Shown piece by piece: positions 58,110-64,000 of a DNA stretch of 64,000 nucleotides. Position 1 is the first letter of the stretch; each line of letters opens with the position of its first letter. The notes under the pieces were generated by a model that saw only the letters and a program-made list of their open reading frames with translations, did no database searches and was not told the DNA's origin. The stretch is from NCBI GenBank assembly GCA_044226015.1, contig JBGAHS010000005.1, forward strand, positions 96,001-160,000. Direction: 5' to 3'. Source of the DNA: Candidatus Obscuribacteraceae bacterium (GTDB lineage: Bacteria > Cyanobacteriota > Vampirovibrionia > Obscuribacterales > Obscuribacteraceae). The position numbers and the translations under genes are program-made.

Positions 58110-60515
58110 CTATGGTTCTGAGCGCCACTTCCACTTACGTATTTCAGGCATGTCTTCTCCATGCGCTTCAATATATTGTTTGTGGTCGATGAGTTTGTCC
58201 CTCATCATTTGTTTTGCTCTGGCAGCAACGTAATGCAGTTCTGAGATGCGGTCAATTGCATCCATTGCTAAATGGAATCGGTCAAGGTCGTTCATAACTA
58301 CCATGTCGAATGGCGTTGTTGTGGTGCCCTCTTCCTTATATCCGCGAACATGCAAGTTCTTGTGATTTGCTCTGCGATAGGTGAGCCGGTGTATCAACCA
58401 TGGGTAGCCGTGATAAGCGAAAATTACTGGCTTGTCCTTTGTGAAGATTGAGTCGAACTCTCTATCATTGAGCCCATGTGGGTGCTCGGTGTCTGGCTGC
58501 AGCGTCATCAAATCGACCACGTTCACTACTCGAATCTTGAGGTCGGGTAAACACTGCCGAAGCAAGTCAACCGCCGCGAGCGTTTCCATAGTTGGAATGT
58601 CGCCAGCACAAGCCATCACCACATCTGGTTCGCTACCCTGGTCTGTTGAAGCCCAATCCCAAATGCCGATGCCAGCAGTACAGTGTTTGATTGCCTGATC
58701 CATCGTGAGCCATTGTAATTGAGGCTGTTTACCAGCAACAATTATGTTGATGAAATCGCGACTGCGTAAACAATGATCCATAACACTCAAAAGAGTATTT
58801 GCATCTGGTGGCAGATACACACGAATAATATCTGCTTTCTTATTTACTGCATGATCTATAAAGCCCGGGTCTTGATGGCTAAATCCGTTGTGGTCTTGCC
58901 TCCAGACATGAGAGGTCAGAAGGTAATTTAGCGAAGAAATTGGGCGACGCCAGGGAATTTCTCGCGTTACCTTCAGCCATTTTGCGTGCTGGTTGAACAT
59001 TGAGTCAATAATGTGAATAAAGGCTTCATAGCAAGAAAATAGTCCGTGTCTTCCTGTAAGTAGATAACCTTCAAGCCAACCCTGACACATGTGTTCGCTG
59101 AGAACTTCCATGACTCTGCCGTCATGAGTCAAGTGCTCGTCAGTGGAAAGAATGTCGTCAGCAAAAACTTTTCCTGTGACATCAAACACTGCACCCAGTC
59201 TATTTGACTGAGTTTCATCGGGCCCTACTATTCTGAAGTTCTTGTTCTTTTCATTGAACTTCATCACATCACGCACGAATTCTCCGGCAACGCGAATTGA
59301 CTCTGCATCTGTTCTTCCTGGTGCGGAAACCTCAACTGCGTACTTGCGAAAGTCTGGCATGTGCAATTCACGCAGAAGAACTCCTCCATTTGCGTGAGGA
59401 TTGGCTCCCATTCTGCGGTTTCCGCTTGGAGCAAGCTGCGCTATTTCTGGCTTTATTCTTCCGTTTTGATCGAAGAGTTCTTCTGGTTTATAGCTCTTCA
59501 TCCACTCTTCAAGTTGTTTGATGTGCTCTGGCTTTGTTTTCAATTCTGAAAGAGGAACCTGGTGAGAACGGTGGGTTCCTTCTACCTGTTTTCCATCCAC
59601 AACTTTTGGACCCGTCCAGCCTTTAGGGCTGCGGAGAATTATCATCGGATACAATGGACGTGCTTTGAATTCTTTTGCTGCATCTGACTTGATTTGTTTG
59701 ATATCAGCATAAACAGCATCTAGTGTGGCAGCAAACCACTGGTGCATTGATTTTGGTTCTTCACCTTCAACAAAATATGGTTTGTATCCATATCCGTTAA
59801 ACAAGCTTGTGAGCTCATCATCACTCATTCGAGATAGCACGGTTGGGTTTGCAATCTTATAACCGTTCAGGTGCAGAATTGGAAGAACGATGCCATCGCG
59901 TGATGGGTTGATGAATTTGTTCGAGTGCCAGCTTGCAGCAAGAGGTCCCGTTTCTGCTTCGCCATCACCGACAACACATGCCACAATCAAATCGGGGTTA
60001 TCTAACGCAGCACCATATGCATGTGCTACAGCATAACCAAGCTCACCACCTTCATGAATCGAGCCAGGTGTCTCTGGCGCGACGTGGCTAGGTATGCCAC
60101 CTGGGAACGAAAATTGTTTGAACAATTTTTGCATTCCCTCTTCGTCCTGGGTGATGTTAGTGTAAATCTCTGAATATGTTCCTTCGAGATAAGTATTAGC
60201 TACCAGGGCTGGTCCGCCGTGACCAGGACCTGTAACAAAAATCATGTCCAGGTCATGCTTCTTGATCAATCTGTTTAGATGAACATACATGAAATTGAGA
60301 CCAGGACTTGTTCCCCAATGTCCCAACAAGCGCGGCTTGATGTGCTCGAGTTTTAGTTCTTCCTTGAGCAAAGGATTGTCCAGCAAGTAGATTTGCCCAA
60401 CTGACAGGTAATTAGCAGCGCGCCAGTACATGTCAATTTTGTTCAATTCATCGTCAGCTAAGGGGGTCTTCTGAGAGAGGTCCTCAACGGTTTTATTTAA
60501 GCTGGAGACTGTCAT
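58110..60515 (-). CDS. xfp: Xylulose-5-phosphate/fructose-6-phosphate phosphoketolase
   Basis: [46 protein letters not shown] before ATG 60515. Confidence 0.97.
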   Translation of the reverse strand: MTVSSLNKTVEDLSQKTPLADDELNKIDMYWRAANYLSVGQIYLLDNPLLKEELKLEHIKPRLLGHWGTSPGLNFMYVHLNRLIKKHDLDMIFVTGPGHGGPALVANTYLEGTYSEIYTNITQDEEGMQKLFKQFSFPGGIPSHVAPETPGSIHEGGELGYAVAHAYGAALDNPDLIVACVVGDGEAETGPLAASWHSNKFINPSRDGIVLPILHLNGYKIANPTVLSRMSDDELTSLFNGYGYKPYFVEGEEPKSMHQWFAATLDAVYADIKQIKSDAAKEFKARPLYPMIILRSPKGWTGPKVVDGKQVEGTHRSHQVPLSELKTKPEHIKQLEEWMKSYKPEELFDQNGRIKPEIAQLAPSGNRRMGANPHANGGVLLRELHMPDFRKYAVEVSAPGRTDAESIRVAGEFVRDVMKFNEKNKNFRIVGPDETQSNRLGAVFDVTGKVFADDILSTDEHLTHDGRVMEVLSEHMCQGWLEGYLLTGRHGLFSCYEAFIHIIDSMFNQHAKWLKVTREIPWRRPISSLNYLLTSHVWRQDHNGFSHQDPGFIDHAVNKKADIIRVYLPPDANTLLSVMDHCLRSRDFINIIVAGKQPQLQWLTMDQAIKHCTAGIGIWDWASTDQGSEPDVVMACAGDIPTMETLAAVDLLRQCLPDLKIRVVNVVDLMTLQPDTEHPHGLNDREFDSIFTKDKPVIFAYHGYPWLIHRLTYRRANHKNLHVRGYKEEGTTTTPFDMVVMNDLDRFHLAMDAIDRISELHYVAARAKQMMRDKLIDHKQYIEAHGEDMPEIRKWKWRSEP

Positions 60516-60586
60516 GATAAGTGCTCCTATGAAATTAAGGACCACATTATAGCCGCTTATGTTTGCTGCTTTCTGTCATTTAATGA

Positions 60587-60656
60587 GCTTGCGCAATGAT
60601 CGCAAAGTTCCGCCTTGCAAAGTGAACCTGATTCATTCCATTGTGAGATGGCAAGC
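60587..60656 (-). promoter_or_regulatory. Long intergenic stem-loop with AUGA/GA motif (function unknown)
   Basis: Minus-strand GCUUGC..CAAUG-GAAUGAA-UCAGGUUC-loop-GAACUUUG-CGAU-CAUUG-C-GCAAGC, paired by eye. Confidence 0.4.
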
Positions 60657-60736
60657 GAACCTGCTCAAGCACGTTCTGTCGGCGCCGCTATTGTCGTCAA
60701 TTTCCACAAATCTTGGAGTAGCGCTGTGCAGGCTTT

Positions 60737-61837
60737 CTAGAGCGATTTGTCCGTTTCCTGTTTGGCACTTGTTTTTCGCAAGGTGCCATAGACTCTAGTT
60801 TGACTTCTCAAAGTGCCGTACACCTTAACCTGGCAATGCGGTGCGTGCTGAGCCTGCGCTGGCCCGACATGGTTGGGTCGATGACGCAACGTATCCATCA
60901 TCGTGGACATGTGCTTTTTCTTGCTCTCTTCCTCTTCCTCATTCGCAACGCGTTGACCCATTTCATCCATCGCATCTTCGTGCTTGTCGTAGAACTGAGT
61001 GCCGTAATCAGAGTACTTTCCGGTGTCAAACGTGGTGTAGGACACGAAAGGGCGTTTTGCCATGCGTTCGTGCATGATTTCATCTGTCGTTTTCACAATG
61101 TCTTCGGATGTGTTTGGATCGATGGTGTTCATGTTGACGCCAGCTTTGATGGTGTCACGGAACCCTTTGCGTTCTAGCTCATGTTTGCGGTCAAAACCTT
61201 GCATATGACTGCGTTCAGTGAGTTCATGTGAATGTTGCCGGAAGTGCTCCATTTGCATTCTTGCAAAGATAACCTTCTTCTGGTCCATCGAGATGGTTTT
61301 GTCTTGCCACACTCCACCAAGTCTTTCGGCAAGTCTCAATTCTCCAGCGAGATCTTCTGGATTCCAATATCCCGGAATGCAATGCAGCACTGTGCCATCT
61401 GGCGCCATTACGAACATCTGGATGTTGTGTGGACCGGCACCGTTAGTGGTTTCCACCGCGTTTCCATCCACGGTATGAACACCGGAATTTCCCGCAAAGG
61501 GTTGGTCGCTTATGTCGCGATACCCGCAAACATAGCGGTTTCGGAGGCTCGAGAATAATGGTTCTTTGGAGAGCGACACGGCTCTGAGGCTATTGCCGGC
61601 ACTTCAAGTCTTGCCGTCCATTGAGCCGAGCATATGCACCCAAAAGATGAGCTTGCCGTTTTTCGTTGCTTCTTGCTCAGCTTCTTCGAGGTTGCTGCGC
61701 CAATTAATGCGACGATTAACCTGGTAATTTTCTTTTCGCGCTTCACTGCCAGGTACGAACGACAGTTTGTCAGCGCTGGCGGGCAAGCCAAAGCCAACAG
61801 CGAGAGTCAGGGAGAACAGCTTGATTAGCAATTTCAT
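60737..61837 (-). CDS. Putative exported selenoprotein, selenoprotein N-like thioredoxin fold; in-frame UGA at 61604-61606
   Basis: ORFs 61604..61837 and 60737..61579 share a frame; junction reads KLIFWVHMLGSMDGKT-TGA-SAGNSLRAVSLSKEPLFSSLRNRYV; N-terminal signal peptide. Confidence 0.75.
61570..61603 (-). promoter_or_regulatory. Candidate bacterial-type SECIS hairpin 3' of the UGA
   Basis: AGAGC-CGUGUC-GCUCU with loop starting 23 nt after UGA; alternative fold AGUG/CGCU plus CGGC/GCCG. Confidence 0.4.
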
Positions 61838-61864
61838 TAAGGGTTACCAGCCACTCACAATATG

Positions 61865-61896
61865 ATTATAATGAACTTCTTTTGGCTGGTAGTCAA
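61865..61896 (-). promoter_or_regulatory. Sigma70-type promoter for the putative selenoprotein gene
   Basis: Minus strand TTGACT-17 bp-CATTAT with overlapping TATAAT, about 30 nt before ATG 61837. Confidence 0.55.
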
Positions 61897-61974
61897 GTGA
61901 AGTGGAGCTTTTTTGCTTCTCAGGTGAAAGCCTTGCTTTTGCTTGATTTACGGACGGGATCATCCGCTTCGGGG

Positions 61975-62282
61975 AACTCGGGGAGCTTTGGGAGCTCGTC
62001 TGCTGGATCTGGGGCTGTTGGATCCGGGGCTGTTGGAGCCGGGGCTGTTGAATCCGGGGCTGTTGGATCCGGGGCGCTCTTCTTAACGGGTCTAAGGAGC
62101 GGGGGGACTCCCGGGAGCTCCTTCGTTGGATCGATCGAGGGACCTTGTCTGTTGTTGGACGGCGTCCGTGGGAACTGTGGGATCCTGGGCGCTCGTCTGT
62201 TGGATCGGGGAGCTTGCCCGTTGGATCCTGGGTGCTCGTCTTAACGGATCCAAGGATTGCATCCAAGGCGCTCGACTGTTGG
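61975..62282. repeat. GC-rich degenerate repeat tract including 15-bp tandem repeat x4
   Basis: ggggctgttggatcc-like units at 62011, 62026, 62041, 62056; dispersed gg(c/a/t)gctcgtctgttggatc-like units. Confidence 0.8.
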
Positions 62283-62563
62283 TGATTGCGGGATCAGGCT
62301 TATCGGTGTAAGAGCGCCAGCATTTGCTGCTTGGCATTTCGCTGCTTCTGAAGGTTTTAGTTGGGAGTGCCAGTAGTCGAAGAGCTGCAAGAACTGCTTT
62401 GAAGCCGCTTTCTAGCTGAACCTACCTTTGCTACCCAAAAGAATTTGCAGGTTGTGTGTTCTCAAGAGCCTTGTGGTATGCGACATATTAGTTCAGAACA
62501 CGATTCAAAGAGCAATTTGACTGGGCATATCTGGTAACCGAGAACCTATTATTTTCTGGGGCT

Positions 62564-64000
62564 TTGATTGCTTTGAAGTTGAAAGTTTTTCACAAGGGTC
62601 TGATATTGGTTGGCGTTCCTCTGCTTGTGGAGCTGCTTCTAATCGGTTCACTTTCGTTTTTGATTTACGAATCAGACCGCGAAAAAGCCAAAGAGCAGGT
62701 TTATCGACAATTTGCGCTGGTCACTGCGAAGCTAATGGCACTTACGTCTGAGGCACCCTACTTGCTCTTCTTGTCCATTCAGATGAGCAACGATAATTTA
62801 TTCAAATCCTATGAGAGAAAAATCGAAGACATCAAAGAATACACCAAAGAATACGATGACATTGTGAGCCGAAACCCCGAGCTTAACTGGGGCTCGAATG
62901 ATATGCAGCAAAGTGTTCTTGAACTTCTTGATGTTGCTGGAGAAATTACCACACAACGAAAAGCAAGCATCATGGATCTTATGACGGTGCTGCCAGAACT
63001 TCAGCCAAGGTTCAACAAGATAAAAGGCTCTGCAATTACTCGTCTCGGCGTCATGGTGCAAAAAGGCGAAAAGCAGACGATGGAGATGCAGGAGAAACAA
63101 GCCAGCATCCGCAATTGGATTTCTGTCATTCTGGTGGCTGGTCTGGTCTTCAATATTGCTGTTGGTATCTTGCTTGCATTCTATTACAAGAAAAGCATTA
63201 TGGAGCGCATCAAGGTCATAACGAAAAACACAGTTGCACTCTCTCGTGGACAGAGACTGCTTCCTGAGGTTGGTGGAAATGACGAAATAGCATTGTTGGA
63301 TTCAAGCTTTCATTCCATGCACAGGCAGCTTATGGCTGCTTCAGAGAGAGAGCGTGCTTTATTTAACAACGCAAGTGACGTAATTTGCGTACTTGATAGC
63401 AACAATCGTTTTAGTAAGGTCAATCCAATTTGTTATCAGTATTGGGGTTTCGAGCCCGAAGAAATGATTGGTATGTCGCTTTCTGAGCTGGTTTCGGATG
63501 AAGATTGGGTCCATACTGAGGAATTGATCATCAACGCCCGAATGAACAGAGAGCCAGTCAGTTTTGAAAATCGAATCAAGACAAAAACAGGAAAAATTAT
63601 TGAGGTGCTCTGGTCTGCTTATTGGTCGGAAAGCGAGCTCAGTCTGTTTTGTATAGTTCACGATATCAGCGAGCAAAAGCAAATTGAGAGAGTCAAGAAA
63701 CAATTTCTTGCCATGATAAGTTCTGACCTCAAGACTCCATTGAGTTCGATTTCTGCATCTGTCTCGATGTTGGTATCAGAACTGAAAGACTCCATGCCCA
63801 AGATGGCAGTCGATAAGCTTGATATGGCAAAAAAGAATGTCTTGCGTCTTCTTGGTTTGGTAAATGATTTGCTACAGATTACAGAGATGGACACTGGCAA
63901 TCTGGAAATCAAAAAGGAAGACAACAACATAGAAGAGCTTTTGCGACGCTCCATTCAAGATGTGGAAGCCGTTGCAGACAAGCAGAAGGTCAATCTTAAG
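62564..64000 (+). CDS. 3'-truncated membrane PAS histidine kinase-like protein, paralog of 46613..50341
   Basis: Not in the ORF track because it runs off the window: TTG start, KLKVFHKGLILVGVPLLVELL, GNDEIALL HAMP, LFNNASDVICVLDSN PAS, H-box AMISSDLKTPL. Confidence 0.88.
   Translation, partial: MIALKLKVFHKGLILVGVPLLVELLLIGSLSFLIYESDREKAKEQVYRQFALVTAKLMALTSEAPYLLFLSIQMSNDNLFKSYERKIEDIKEYTKEYDDIVSRNPELNWGSNDMQQSVLELLDVAGEITTQRKASIMDLMTVLPELQPRFNKIKGSAITRLGVMVQKGEKQTMEMQEKQASIRNWISVILVAGLVFNIAVGILLAFYYKKSIMERIKVITKNTVALSRGQRLLPEVGGNDEIALLDSSFHSMHRQLMAASERERALFNNASDVICVLDSNNRFSKVNPICYQYWGFEPEEMIGMSLSELVSDEDWVHTEELIINARMNREPVSFENRIKTKTGKIIEVLWSAYWSESELSLFCIVHDISEQKQIERVKKQFLAMISSDLKTPLSSISASVSMLVSELKDSMPKMAVDKLDMAKKNVLRLLGLVNDLLQITEMDTGNLEIKKEDNNIEELLRRSIQDVEAVADKQKVNLK

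Noticed and set aside
61604..61606. UGA as Trp/Gly under an alternative genetic code, or a simple pseudogene
   Set aside because: TGA acts as a normal stop elsewhere (ATGA overlaps at 22714-22717 and 46613-46616) and Trp is TGG. A random nonsense mutation landing on the SelN Sec column is less parsimonious, though not excluded
61844..62337. ORFs 61844..62266, 62092..62337 and 61882..62244
   Set aside because: Products of a repeat tract that is open in several frames; one overlaps the likely promoter of the downstream gene; no recognisable domain
1..64000. rRNA, tRNA (including tRNA-Sec), IS elements, prophage, and sel machinery genes
   Set aside because: None recognised in this window by eye; absence here says nothing about the rest of the genome

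Overview
Ordinary-looking bacterial chromosomal DNA, standard genetic code, roughly 45-50% GC by eye, with about 45 protein-coding genes. I saw no rRNA, tRNA, CRISPR array, transposase or integrase. The gene content includes many secreted TPR or low-complexity hypotheticals, a caspase-family protein, a Ser/Thr kinase and paralogous 'H(K/Q)GLILVxxPL' membrane histidine kinases. It resembles Melainabacteria (Obscuribacterales-like), which is an inference only. Recognisable enzymes include PatA, an FdhF/YdeP oxidoreductase, GlgP, phosphoketolase, GH43, S9 and M24 peptidases, TrmH, a Rieske oxygenase and an NDP-sugar pyrophosphorylase. The best find is two ORFs on the minus strand (61604-61837 and 60737-61579) that form one reading frame split by a single TGA. 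That TGA falls at the position of the selenocysteine of eukaryotic selenoprotein N, making this a candidate exported SelN-like bacterial selenoprotein, with a hairpin right after the UGA and a long AUGA/GA hairpin downstream of the gene. Other notable items are a fused double histidine kinase with complementary dead halves (plus a paralog), a bacterial homolog of the SARA/endofin C-terminal domain next to a catalytically dead AMI1/Toc64-like amidase, a pseudokinase, and a tandem pair of about 52-nt structured intergenic repeats. All family assignments are from motif recognition by eye and memory, not database searches.
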